64,000 nt of DNA from Octopus sinensis. Lineage: Eukaryota. Both the position numbers and the translations under genes were made by a program. The notes beneath the pieces were generated by a model that did no database searches, was not told the origin of the DNA, and was given only the letters and a program-made list of their open reading frames with translations. Below, piece by piece: positions 1-12,679 of the stretch. The stretch lies in NCBI RefSeq assembly GCF_006345805.1, contig NC_043012.1, forward strand, positions 50,034,001-50,098,000. The letters run 5' to 3'. Position 1 is the stretch's first letter, and every line of letters starts with the position of its first letter.

Positions 1-311
1 ACGGCCATCACTGCAGTCAATTTTTTCTTTTGTGTGAAAGAATTTTTTTGTTCGATTTTCGTTACCATTTTGTTGGATTATCTTTTCGGGTCTTTATCTT
101 CTTATTACATTCATTTAATTCGTGTATTTTTATTTATTAGGTTTGTGTACCATTTTTTGTTTGTTTTTGTTTACTTTGTGTAGTTACTGCTGTTACTATC
201 GTCATAATTGTTTTCTTTGTTAATTCTTCGAATCAAGCATTCAATAATACTTCTTGTTTTTTACCATTCTTTAGTTTTACGTTCAGCTTTCTTCATAATT
301 TTGTCTACTCA

Positions 312-367
<56 letters not shown>

Positions 368-377
368 CATCATTATT
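312..377. repeat. (ATT)n microsatellite
   Basis: Near-pure ATT run; explains the poly-Leu ORF 208..408. Confidence 0.95.
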
Positions 378-689
378 TTCAGTAGTGAGACTGCTAATTG
401 ATTTCTAAGTAGCTTTTCCTCGTTCCAATGTTGTCTCTAGATTATCAAAAATAATGTTTTAATTAATGCCATCAAAATTTACAATTCTAATTTTATATCA
501 TCATATTAATATTACTTCAGCTGCTAAAGCTGTTGTATTTGTGTTTATATTATTTTTATTGTTGTTATGCGTCCTTATCCTGCACGTCAATCGTTTACAA
601 TATTTTTTTGTGTATGCTGCTGTACGTAATGTGTGTGTGTTTAGATTATACATACAAAATACGCACTATGCACAAAAGCTCATGTCTAT

Positions 690-840
690 ATACATATGTG
701 TATGTGTGCGTGAGTGTGTGTGTGTGTGTATATATGTCTGTATGTGTGTGTATTTGTGTGTGTCTGTGTTTGTATAAATATATGCATAACTCTGTCTACA
801 CACACTCATATATATATATACATATACACACACACACACA

Positions 841-924
<84 letters not shown>

Positions 925-930
925 GTGTGT
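690..930. repeat. Compound (TG)n/(CA)n/(TA)n microsatellite
   Basis: Direct reading; representative of dozens of similar tracts across the window that are not all listed. Confidence 0.95.
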
Positions 931-2291
931 AAATGTGTTTGTGAATCTATCTCCATCTTGTGGCGCTTATAATCTTGGCTATTTTTTTTCTAATTTAATT
1001 TCTTTCTGTCTAGTTTAAACCATAAAAATTATAAAGTTATGTCTTGTTTGTTTCGTCCATACATATTTTCTAAATATTATATTTCTTTATATCATACACA
1101 TCGTTAACAGATATACACGTATTAGTCTAATGCATACAGATAGCCCATCACAAATATACACTTGATTCTCCAACATATGCGAAACTTTTATATATGATAC
1201 ACTGCTTCGTCACACGAATATACACTTCTTTCGCTACATGAGTTAAAAAGTGCTATGATTTTTCCTCCCCACGAATATTCATTTAAGATAATTTATTATC
1301 AGAAAACAAAGAACCAACAACATTCATACGTATATTGTACAATAAATATTGCCAAATGGAAATGTGAGTGGTAGTAATATTTTAAAAGAGAGACTGAAAA
1401 AATGATAATGGTTATGATGATGACGATGACGACGACGACGAATACAACAACGACAACGACGACGGGGCCACAACGTCCACGACAACGGCAACTTTGAAAA
1501 TGACAACATATTTACGTCTATGATAACAACCATAATCACACTGAAGCTCGTTGTCAGTAAACATTAAACACAGGAACGAAAACAATTCAAGGTTTCTATC
1601 AGGAACAAAAGTATACAGCTGTCATTATAAAGGATAAATGAAAGGTTAGCGACAAAATTTATAGAGCGCAACAGAGAAGAGGGGAAAGTGTCATAAACAT
1701 TTGAAGAAAAGAAGTTTCGTTAGACATTGAGATATGTAGAACGAAGGACAACGCAGTTTAGAGAAATAAATTTAGCAGGAACGTAATAGGGCCTTAGGGG
1801 AGATTCGAAAAACAAAGATAGATCAGTTGCTATTTTCTGAGACTTAGGTAATGAATCATTAAATGGTGAGCAGACAAGAATCACAGGATTTTTACTAGAA
1901 TCTTTAAGCTTTCCGACAAAACAAAGCGCATGCTACTTCAAGCACTAGTGCACTCACAGGTTCATAAATCCTGCTAAATATAGTGTATAATTCTCTCCAT
2001 TTGCTCTTTTAATGGAAGAAAGTAACTCCATTCGAATATTTTGCCTACACATGCAGAATTACGTCAGTTTCCATGTCTTTCGATCCTGGTAGAGACTCCC
2101 GTGCAAAAAGCCTATTAATTACGAGTTTACTTCAATTAATTATTTTCATTGAATTGGCTGAAGTGATTCAATACATGTGAGGTACAACGTATCTGAGAAA
2201 TAGAATATAGTGTTTTTTTTTAGCTTCATTATTTTTAAATCACATCTGAAAATATTGACATAATAAATGAATTATGTATTTTTTATTATTA

Positions 2292-3079
2292 TTAGGTTGT
2301 CAAGAAAGTTCTTGCTGTTTTTAACATTTAAATTCAGATGCACATATCTCCGCTAAAACAAAAGTTTATTAATTGAAATAAACACCATCATAATCAACGC
2401 ACTTTTGCCAACGCGAAACAAGTTTCTTTATGCTAGTTTATGGTGGCGATGAAGTCGTTGAAGCCGTGTTTGGCATCGTCTTGGTTTTTGAAGCATTTCT
2501 CATGCTGAAAGTTGTCAAGATGCTCGAAAAAGTGGTAGTCGGTAGGCGAGAGGTCTGGTGAGTATGGCGCACGATGCAGAGTTTCATAGCTCAATTCATT
2601 TAACCTCTGGAGGGTCAGTTGCGCGACGTGCGGCCGAGATTTGTCGTGGAGGAGAATTGGTCCTTTTCTACTGACTAATGCTGACTGTTGTTGTTGTTTC
2701 TTATCCATTTTATCCATTTGCTGACAGTATTTCTCCTCCATAAAGATTTCGTCTGGATCCAAATAGCTGTAATGGATGAGACCGGCCGCATACCAGCAAA
2801 CAGGTCACCATGACTTTCTTTTGGCGCAACTTTGGCTTTGGGAAGTGCCGTGGAGCTTCGTCGGCGTCCAACCATTGAGATGAGCGTCGCTGGTTGTTGT
2901 AAAGGATACAATTTTCATCGCAAGTCACAATCTGGTCAAGTAACGGATCGTTCTTGTTGCGTAAAAGAAGGAAAGACGACACTTCAAAACGACGTTTTTT
3001 ATTTTTGGTTATTCAATTCGTGCGGCACTCATTTCTCAAGTATTTTTTAAATTCCCCAAGAACTTTCTTGACAAACTAA
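2292..3079 (-). mobile_element. Internally deleted mariner (Tc1/mariner) DNA transposon
   Basis: 23-bp TIRs TTAGGTTGTCAAGAAAGTTCTTG (2292-2314) and CAAGAACTTTCTTGACAAACTAA (3057-3079, 1 mismatch), TA on both sides (2290-2291, 3080-3081). Minus-strand frames give *VPHEL (3014-3031), IVTCDE, ILLHD, PYSPDLSPTDYHFF and C-terminal RWQKCVD..GVYFN*; frameshifted. Confidence 0.92.
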
Positions 3080-3081
3080 TA

Positions 3082-3210
3082 CTTTACTTGTCATTCTTTC
3101 GGGATCGATTGAATAAGTACCACTGTGGTTGATGTAATCGACTTAATTCCTTCGTCTGTCATTGTTTGTCCCCTCTATGTTCTGCACCATGTGGGCAATA
3201 AAGAAATAAA
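3082..3210 (+). mobile_element. SINE-A 3' fragment
   Basis: Matches body and tail of the complete copy at 9241-9434 (catcctttcggg...gtttgtcccctct...gtgggcaataaagaaat). Confidence 0.75.
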
Positions 3211-3248
3211 AAATTATAAAAATAATAATAATAATAATAATAATAATG

Positions 3249-3339
<91 letters not shown>

Positions 3340-3370
3340 GTTGTTGTTGTTGTTGATGTTGCTGTTGTTG

Positions 3371-3401
<31 letters not shown>

Positions 3402-3460
3402 ATTATTATTATTATTATATTATTATTATTATTATTATTATTATTTATTATTATTATTAT
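3211..3460. repeat. (AAT)n followed by (TTA/TTG)n, head-to-head trinucleotide tract
   Basis: Direct reading; explains ORF 3125..3463. Confidence 0.95.
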
Positions 3461-3461
3461 T

Positions 3462-3690
3462 AAGGCAGCGAGTCTTTCGAGTCGTTAGCAGATTGGACAT
3501 TTGGCTTAGCATTTCGTCCATCTTTATGCTCTGTGTTCAAATTCCCATGAAGTCGAATTACCCTTCTATTCATCGGGCTCGATAAAAATCAGTATCAGTT
3601 CATGGGTTGTCATTATCGACTTACACCTCCCACAAAATTGCTGGCCATGTAGCAAAATCTGAAATCATCATTATTATTTAGTGAGAGAGC
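3462..3690 (+). mobile_element. Old diverged SINE-A copy
   Basis: aaggcagcgag...gttagc head, gttcaaattc B-box, gtcga core, aaattgctggcc tail variant. Confidence 0.6.
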
Positions 3691-3807
3691 TGTACATCCT
3701 ATCAAATTGACATTAGGATGCAAGGTCACAAATCCCAATATACCCATCATATCTACCACGCACATGCATCGCAATCATATATGCACAACATGGTGATCTC
3801 ATCTCTC

Positions 3808-4218
3808 TCTTTACTCTTTTACTTGTTTCAGTCATTTGACTGTGGTCATGCTGGAGCACTGCCTTTTAGTCAAGCAAATAAACCCCAGGATTTATTCTTT
3901 GTAAACCTAGTACTTATTCTATCGGTCTTTTTCGCTGAACCGCTAAATTACGAGGACGTAAACACACCAGCATCGGTTGTCAAGCGATGTTGGGGAGACA
4001 AACACAGACACACAACCATAAGCACAAACACACACACATACATATATATACGTTTACGTCTACCAAATCAGTTTCCGTCTACCAAATCAACTCACAAGGC
4101 ATTGGTCGGCCCGAGGATATAGTAGAAGACACTTTGCCAAGGTGGCTCGCAGTGGGACTGAACCCGAAACCATGTGGTTGGTAAGCAAGCTATTTACCAC
4201 ACAGCCACTCTTACGCCT
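3808..4218 (-). mobile_element. SINE-B (tRNA-derived, CORE-like)
   Basis: Reverse complement of family consensus: A-box TGGCTGTGTGG, B-box GGTTCAGTCCC, CCTTGGGCAAGTGTC CORE-like motif, internal CA/TA microsatellite, tail CAGTCAAATGACTGAAACAAGTAAAAGAG; about ten copies in window. Confidence 0.9.
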
Positions 4219-5229
4219 GTCACGATAAACAGCATATGACCTGACATATGGGACCGGGCAGGAATCTCCTTCACGTTGTGTAGACCGTCCTAATCAAATG
4301 GTTCCTGAATAATAGTTCGTTAAGGATGATGACCAAAACACCTATGTTTCCAGGGATGAATTATTCAGACCTCACATAAACCCTCTCAGTACATAGTGCT
4401 CTCCCACAACTCCTGCTCATGATCAGAGATGCACATAACGTCCGCCACTAAGGGATATGCTCAACTGGTTAAGGTCAAGGAACTGTTAAGCAAATCTGTC
4501 GTATTGGGCAGAATATTTGCTGTAGCCCATCTTTTGCACGAAGACAAGACATAAGCTTTCCAATCAGCTAAGATCAGAAACTATGAGAGCCACTATCTAG
4601 TATTTATTATTATTTCTATACGTAACGATTTGTTTTTCTTTAATTTCTACGAACTGCACTGAAGACCGAACTAGAGACGTAAAGGTACGATGTGTTTTCG
4701 AATCTGAAGTTGCTAACAGCTGAATTGTCATGCCATTGAAACCATTGAAGATTGAGGAAAGAACAACACACAGGATTGTGAGTATAGTTGCATGTAGAAT
4801 ATGTCAGTTACCCACAACATTTATTTATTTATTTATTTACTATTTATATTGAGAATTCATAAATGAGAGCAGCTGCATAAAAAAACATGAGAAAATGCCA
4901 TGAGGATGATTATGATGATTTTGAAGGTGATGATGACGATGATGATGATGAGAAGAAGATGGAGGATGAAGGATTTTAAATTTTGAAGAAGAGAGAAAGA
5001 AAAACTACAACAAGAGAATACGCAAGAAGAAGACGAAGAAAAGAAGAAATGAACATACCAACGGATCAAGAGGGTTACTGAAGGGAATGATATGAGGAAA
5101 ATAGAAGACATGAATTGATAAAGATTATATTAAATGATTTCAAGAAACTCTATCAAATAGAAATATTGAAGAAAGATCAGAAGAAATAGAAAGAGCGACA
5201 TGTAGAATAAGATATCATATCTGATACGG

Positions 5230-5655
5230 AGGATGATGGTGGTGATGCAGTTTTTAACGCTAACGAAGTTTAGTGCGTTATAATATATTGATGTCAAAGA
5301 TGATGGTGGTGGTGGTGTTGGTGGTGATGATGATGATGATAATGATGAAGATGATGATGACGATGGTGTTGGTGATGATGATGATGAATATGAAGGTTTT
5401 GGTGATGATGATGATGATGATGATGATTGTGTTGGTGATAATGATGATGATGGTGTTGGTGATGATGATGATGATGATGATGATCGTGATAATGGTGTTG
5501 TTGGTGGTGGGGATGATGATCATCATGATAATGAAGATGACGATGACGACGACGATGCTGACGATGATGATGATGATCGTGATGATGGTGGCAATGATGA
5601 TGATGATTATGATCTTCCTGAAAATGATGCTGGCGACGAAGACGATGATGATGAC
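5230..5655. repeat. Compound (GAT/GGT/GAC)n trinucleotide array
   Basis: Direct reading; explains Met/Val-rich ORF 5273..5695. Confidence 0.9.
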
Positions 5656-6380
5656 AAATATTTTTTTGTCAGCTCTCTCATTATCAAATTTCTAAGTTCG
5701 GTTGATTGTGAAAAAAAAAAGTAAATAAAAGAAAAATGTTATGTTTCATGGTTACCTTAAAATGTTGTTTGAAAGCCCATAATTATACAGAAACCTTCTT
5801 GCTTCCTTCATTCTTTCTCTTTTGACATATTTATGTATTTACTATTTAGTTATTTGTTTGCCACTCACTTTTGCCAATCAACACGCGTTTTCATCTCTTT
5901 TTCTAATTATGTGTAAAACTTAACACTATGATTATGTTTCCCTCATTCGGATACGAAAACACTTGCGTTTGAATACTTGCATCACTATGAAGCTGTTTAT
6001 TTTAGTGTTTAGTTTGAGATATAAATGTAACGAAGAAGGGCTCTCCCCTACTCATCCCTTTTACTCTGCCATTTCTGTCTTTCATGACTATTTTTTTCTC
6101 TCATTATTTTCTTCACATGATTTACCGCTATCTCTGGTCATTGTAGAAATGTATTCACACATAAAATTCTACACGCAATGACGATGCAAAGTAAGTACTG
6201 AGGACATCATAGAATGCCAAAGCTGTAATTTCCAGTGTTAGAACTAGCTGTCAAATCTCACTCCACTCCTGCTTATTAGAATAAGCAAGACGTATTGGTT
6301 AATGTGTTACTGGATATAGTATGCTTGGATACGACGATATAATCCGGAGTTGAACATTCACATATCTTCATCTTACTTCT

Positions 6381-7025
6381 TACTTCTTTATTGCTCACAA
6401 GGGGCTAAACATAGAGGAGACAAACAAGGACAGACAAAGGGACTAAGTCGACTATATCGACCCCAATGTGTAACTGGTACTTAATTTATCGATGAAAGGA
6501 TGAAAGGAAAAGTCAACATCGGCGGAATTTGAACTCAGAACGTAACGGCAGACGAAATACCTATTTCTTAACTACCCACAAGGGGCTAAACACAGAGGGG
6601 ACAAACAAGGACAGACAGAAGGATTATGTCGATTACATCGACCCCAGTGCGTAACTGGGACTTATTTAATCGACCCCCGAAAGGATGAAAGATAAAGTCG
6701 ACCTCGGCAGAATTTGAACTCAGAACGTAACGGCAGACGGAATACCTAGTTCTTTATTACCCAAAAGGGGCTAAACACAGAGAGGACAAATAAGGACAGA
6801 CAGATGGATTATGTCGATTACATCGACCCCAGTACGTATCTGGTACTAATTTAAATACAGAGAGGACAAACAAGGACAGACAAACAGATTGAGTCGATTA
6901 TATCGACCCCGAAAGGATGAAAGGCAAAGTCGACCTCGGCGGAATTTGAACTCAGAACATAAGGCAAACGAAATACTGCTAAGTATTTCGCCCGGCGTGC
7001 TAACGTTTCTGCCAGCTCGCCGCAT
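6381..7025 (-). mobile_element. Tandem multimer of SINE-A (one head, about 3.5 body units)
   Basis: Repeating ~180-bp unit cccacaaggggctaaac...gtcgacctcggcggaatttgaactcagaacgtaacggcagacgaaatacc; single head (gccagctcgccgc) at ~7010-7023; TCTTACTTCT at 6371-6380 and 7026-7035. Confidence 0.88.
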
Positions 7026-7526
7026 TCTTACTTCTAATTACTAAGGACCTAATCGAGTTTAGACAACGAAAACGATCTGTCCTGTTGGAAATTCTATACT
7101 TAACATCTATATATTTGTGATACTATATACGAATTTCAGAACTACAGGTTGCCTAAATGTGGTAGATCCAAACACACTTCAGATAAGCATCATTGTTTCA
7201 ATATCTCGCATTCTGCGATCTGGAATAGTTGTACTTCCAATCATCTCTTGTTATACAATAGTCATTATAAAATTGTTATAAAATTAGTACTACTAACATT
7301 TCATAATCTACTTATGGATTGTAGACAGCTGTATTGAGAGATTTGTAGTCGAGCCAGCACCAGTGGAAATATCAGACGTTCTTCGTCCTCAACTACTTCC
7401 TTACTCAATGCTGTCGGGGGAAGTGTCAGCCCCCATAAATGTGAGTAGCTGTCCTAGCACGTCACCCACCCTATACTCGGGGGCAAAGCTTTACCTAAGT
7501 TCTATGTATGTATGTATGTTTGTGTG

Positions 7527-7571
<45 letters not shown>

Positions 7572-7993
7572 ATATATATATATATGTATGTATGTATGTA
7601 TATGTATGTACGTATGTGTGAATGTATGTATATATCGTTTATCTCTTACCATTTATGTGTTTCAGTCATTTGACTGTAGGCATGCCGATGCTCAATCTTC
7701 AAATATTCTAGTCGAATAAATCAACCTTACGATTTAGATCTTAAAGCACGGATACAAAACACACATATAAATACATATATATATACATGTATATATATAT
7801 ATATATATACATACCTACATAAATATATATATATAAGCATATTTATATATATATGAACATATAAACATATATTTATATACACACACATATATGTGTGTAT
7901 GAATAAATAAATAAATATATATATATGTATACATATATATGCCTGTATTTATATATACGTATACATATATACATATACATATGTATATATATG

Positions 7994-8035
<42 letters not shown>

Positions 8036-8049
8036 ATATAATATATATA

Positions 8050-8088
<39 letters not shown>

Positions 8089-8821
8089 CATATATAATGG
8101 GGCTGTATATATAGTGGCTGTATGACTTCCTTAAAAGCAGAAGTCAGGTAGTTGCAGCCAATGGTGCCCTTTCTGAGGAAGCTCAAATCCTATGTGCCGT
8201 CCCGTAGATAACTGTTCTGGAGCATTTACTGCTGATAATAGCCCTCTTAGACACGTCCACGAGCACTCGGATAGACACTGTCACTAGCTATGCCCATGAT
8301 AAAAAAATCTAAGATGACTTTGCAAGCTTACAGTGGGACCTGAATTCGATATACAAGTGTGCCGAAAGAAACAACATGCAGTTTAATGCGGGAAAATTTC
8401 AAGCACTCACCAATGTACTACAGTCTACATATACATGACCCGAAGGCACTAAAATCCCAGATACCCAGGCAGTGAAAGACTTGGGGATTAGTATGTGCAA
8501 TGGCATATCAATTTTTGTGCATATTACCAAGATGGTAGCGAAGTGCAGACAACTGGCAGGATGTATACTGAGGTCCTTCAAGTCAAGTGATCAAGAATCT
8601 ATGTTGGTCCTGTGGAGAACCGTTGTTCTCAGTCGCCTGGACTACTGCTCTCAGTTATGGTCAACACATAGTGCCAAATTAACAGCGGAGCTTGATGCAG
8701 TCCAACGCCGCTACACTGAAAAGATTGAAATAGTGCAGCGGATGAGCTACAGAGATAGGCTGAAAAACCTGCAACTTAGATACCTAGAGCAGAGGCATGA
8801 GCGATATGCAATAATTACGTA

Positions 8822-9005
8822 TCTCTCATGTCTAGCTGTATTTCGTCTGCCGTTACTCTCCGAGTTCAAATTCTGCCGAGGTGGACTTTGCCTTTCATCC
8901 TTTCGTGGTCAATTAAATAGATGCCAGTTAATCACTGGAGTCGATATAATCGAACTAATCCCCTTGTCTGTCCTTGTTTGTCCCCACTCGTTGGCAATAA
9001 AGAAG
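8822..9005 (+). mobile_element. 5'-truncated SINE-A inserted in the LINE
   Basis: SINE-A body/tail interrupting the LINE frame; imperfect flanking duplication ataattacgtat / atgatttacatat. Confidence 0.8.
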
Positions 9006-9240
9006 TAAATGATTTACATATGAAAAATTCTAGAAAGGCTAGCACCAGATTTAGGCATTGAGTATTATACAGTTGCCAGTTATGGCCGCCATCGTATTGT
9101 ACCTAATGTACTATCCCTCCCGTCTAAATTCAGGACCAGTTACTGCAATAGTCTAGCTTTCAAAAGCGCACAAATTTTCAATGACCTGAAATAAAAATTA
9201 AGAAATCTGCAGAAGGAGGAAGGAGATGTCTTCAAAAAGG

Positions 9241-9434
9241 CGAGCTGGCAGAAACGTTAGCACGCCGGGCGAAATGCTTAGCGGTATTTCGTCTGTCGCT
9301 ACGCTCTGAGTTCAAATTCCGCCGAGGTCGACTTTGCCTTTCATCCTTTCGGGGTCGATTAAAGAAGACTTAATCCGTTTGTCTGTCCTTGTTTGTCCCC
9401 TCTGTGTTTAGCCCCTTGTGGGTAGTAAAGAAAT
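9241..9434 (+). mobile_element. SINE-A with perfect target-site duplication, inserted in the LINE
   Basis: A-box-like TGGCAGAAACGTTAG, B-box GAGTTCAAATTCC; AGATGTCTTCAAAAAGG at 9224-9240 and 9435-9451. Confidence 0.93.
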
Positions 9435-11600
9435 AGATGTCTTCAAAAAGGATATAGACATCCTCTTTACAATACCGAATGAACTAGCAGTCCGACATGA
9501 GGTTCAGACACGGGCAGCAGAATCAAAGGGACCAACCAAATGGGCCAACAGTTGGGCAAGGGCACATACAGAAATGATGATATGAAACACCTCAGACTGA
9601 GGAAACCAAAAAGAGTACGGTGGTACTCCAGCATGACCGCTGCCGCATGGCTTAAAGTAGTAAAAAATAAAAGAATAAAATAATGCATATATTGTATATA
9701 CATTCATTTAGGTGTATTAGGTCGTTTTGTACACATTTGTTCTCAACGAAATCACACACCCAAAAGTGTCCAAACGTTACAATAATTACTTCTCTGCAGT
9801 TTTTAAGGAAAATAACTGTCACATAATGCTGGGAGAAAGTCATCTTCCATCATTCCCATCAAACTACACTACTTATACTTAGCATCACAACACCTTCATG
9901 TCTGTCATCTTTTCCTTGAAAATTGCTCCAATGCTTTCCACTGCCGACTATTTGGCTTCTAATTTACTGATCTCATTTTGTCCCTTTTAAAAATAGCTTT
10001 GATCAAGTCATCAAAATCCCCCACTGGTTCATTTATTGAAACTGTGAGTCGAAATTTGACACAGAAAGCTTCCATACCTTCTGCGAACTTTCTATCTGAT
10101 TTCACGTTGCACACATTCAGGCAATCTATTCCTAAATAACCTTTTCAACTATAATACTTTCAGTACCATGCTTACATACATACCCCGAGGGAATAGACGT
10201 CTAGTCGCTAGAAACAAAATTCGTATCGATTCAAATGATATTCATCCCAGTGAACTTAACCATTGTGGGACGGGACTTGATTATTTTTTCATTAGAAATT
10301 TGAAAAGTTTGATGATCGCGTTTGGCGCTCTCTGTAGTGATATATTTTAATATTTGGAATATAGGGCATATATACTCTGCGGAGAGTATCTGAGTGTGAC
10401 ACGCATCACTCAACTATACTCATTTCCAGCCCCTGAAATGCGTTGGAGAGATTAGGTTACAACAACAGTCTACAGTGTATCAAATCTTCTTTCCTAATAA
10501 ATAACAAATTGTACCGCTCTTTGCTGCCAGATCTCCTAGCGATGCACTCCCTATACTTATTCACCAGTGAGCTCTTGTGCATAAAAACTTAATGTGTTGT
10601 TATCTTACATACGAGCAGATTTAAAACTCATGAACCTAAATCTCTTCGAGAAAGACCAATGAATTTAATCAATCACTCGTCTCTTACACTAATTGGCTTC
10701 CACTGCAATTGCTCCCAACGCAATATACGTTCACCCAGCACATGCACTGTCAAATCTGCTTTTCTCGAGGGGTAGAAAGCCATACTCACAACCAAGCATT
10801 CACACATTTCCAACAATAACAGTAATTCGAGGTTCGTCGATATGTGAGCTTACGAGTAGGATTTTAATTAGATATCCCTTCTCTTTATCTCCTGTTAGTT
10901 TAGTGATCCCACTCAATAGAAAGCACGGCTACAAATGTAATTTATCAATGTGGTTCCAGTGGTGATTTTAGGCTTTGTATTTATTTTATCGATCTGCGGC
11001 AAGACCGATAAGCGGGAGTGACGAAGCTAAACCAATATGCATTTTCAATCGGTAAGAATGCATATTGGTATATCTACCTCATACACATACACGGGGGCAG
11101 GCAGCCTTATACACACTCACAGCTACACACATGTACATCTGATGCGCTACAGCACACAATCACACCTGCACACACATATACATCCCATGCGCTTCAGCGC
11201 ACACTCTGTTATACAAATTCACGCTAGAAACAGAAACCACGGCGCATAAAAAGAGGATTTCTCTTAACACTGTCATGGCTATGTCTATATATTGAGTTTC
11301 TCACATAGATACCATGTCACACACACAATCTCAATTTGCATGTGGATTTCACTGTTTATCATAATCAATTAAATCAGACCCAATCCATTTGAAGTGTCTT
11401 TATTTTACGGATAGGATCAAAAGGATTTCAGCGTAAAATTTATTGAGTTATAAACAAATAATGCCTGAAGGTATTTTCTCCAATACTCCACCATGTATGT
11501 AAGTCACATCCACAAACCTTCATCATATTCACTGAAGAGCTAGCACACAGACACACAAACACACACACACACAACACACACACACACACACACACACACA

Positions 11601-11631
<31 letters not shown>

Positions 11632-11716
11632 ATATATATGAATATATATATATATATTTCGCTCTTGGATTTGGTTTGCAAGATTCTTTATATGAGTTCG
11701 TGTGTTGAAGCATATT

Positions 11717-11985
11717 CTGTTGTGTCTGGGGAGAGTCATACGTACATGTATGCATGTATAGGCACACACACACACACACACACAAAACACTGACCCACAC
11801 ACATGCGCACAAACGGACAAAAGGGAACGCATTGTAAATAACGAACAGAGTCAAGACCATTGAAAAAGTTGCAAGACGCAACGAAAATTTTAGAAAATAA
11901 AAGTAAGAAATAAGTGGAAATTTTACCGGTGAGTGTGTTAAGTAATAAGGCATTAAAAGAGAATGACTCTCCCCAGACACAACAG
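11717..11985. mobile_element. Candidate MITE with 23-bp perfect TIRs
   Basis: CTGTTGTGTCTGGGGAGAGTCAT (11717-11739) and its exact reverse complement (11963-11985); TA follows the right TIR, TT precedes the left; non-coding 223-bp interior. Confidence 0.65.
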
Positions 11986-12583
11986 TAAATATATATTACT
12001 TACCCTTACACACGCGCATGTATAAGATTACTCGTACAAATCAGTTCATCCGCATGTTTAAATTATCCAGGCGACAAAGCTTCATTCGCTTAACTATTGT
12101 ACCAAACAAGAGAATCTGAGAAGCGATGGACTTAATCCTCAGTCGCGAATGATTAACAGCTCTTAATTAACCCCCCCCCCCCGCTACAACATATAGTATA
12201 ATGTTTATAACGGGATAGATAGTTTTTCGATATGTCTATTGTCATAGATATATTGCGAAATGATGTTACACACCTTTTTTATTATATGAATCGCATGCAA
12301 GTGAGATGCAGCACATCGGTACAACTTTTCAGACTCATAGGAACTACAGATTTCTCGCTGTCTACATTTACCGAAATAACGTCAGAAAGACTGGACTTCA
12401 ATCTCCCTTTTATACATCTCTGTCTATTGAAGCGCATAAACACTTATTTATGAATCTGCATACCCGTTTGAACGTACGTATATATATATATATATATGAG
12501 TCGTGTGTGCATGTATGGATGTATATATGCATATATATATATATATATACACACATATCTATATCTATCTATTTATCTATCTA

Positions 12584-12624
<41 letters not shown>

Positions 12625-12627
12625 CTA

Positions 12628-12679
<52 letters not shown>

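Larger units (their letters stand above)
8100..9680 (+). mobile_element. CR1/L2-group LINE, degraded 3' part of ORF2 plus 3' UTR
   Basis: Translates to WLYDFLKSRSQ.V.ANG...AVP*ITVLEHLLL (degenerate GVPQG), SYAHD (degenerate FADD), LQWDL..IY..AERNNMQFN..KF, DLGI, SRLDYCSQLWS...VQRRYT, then after removing two SINE insertions Y.WKILE.LAP and DVFKKDID...IPNE...RAAES. Confidence 0.88.

Noticed and set aside
4225-4600. Complex sequence next to SINE-B that looks like another interspersed repeat (similarly 44690-44878)
   Set aside because: Only one copy in the window and no diagnostic ends; cannot be classified from the sequence alone.
4860-5260. Purine-rich, acidic-looking stretch as a possible exon
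   Set aside because: Stops in the plus frames, no sustained ORF; grades into GAT/GAA repeats.
5273-5695. Met-rich 140-aa ORF
   Set aside because: (GAT/GGT)n microsatellite read-through.
6381-7025. CRISPR-like or satellite interpretation of the repeat arrays (also 16180-17139)
   Set aside because: Units are contiguous SINE bodies without unique spacers, in eukaryotic DNA with no cas genes.
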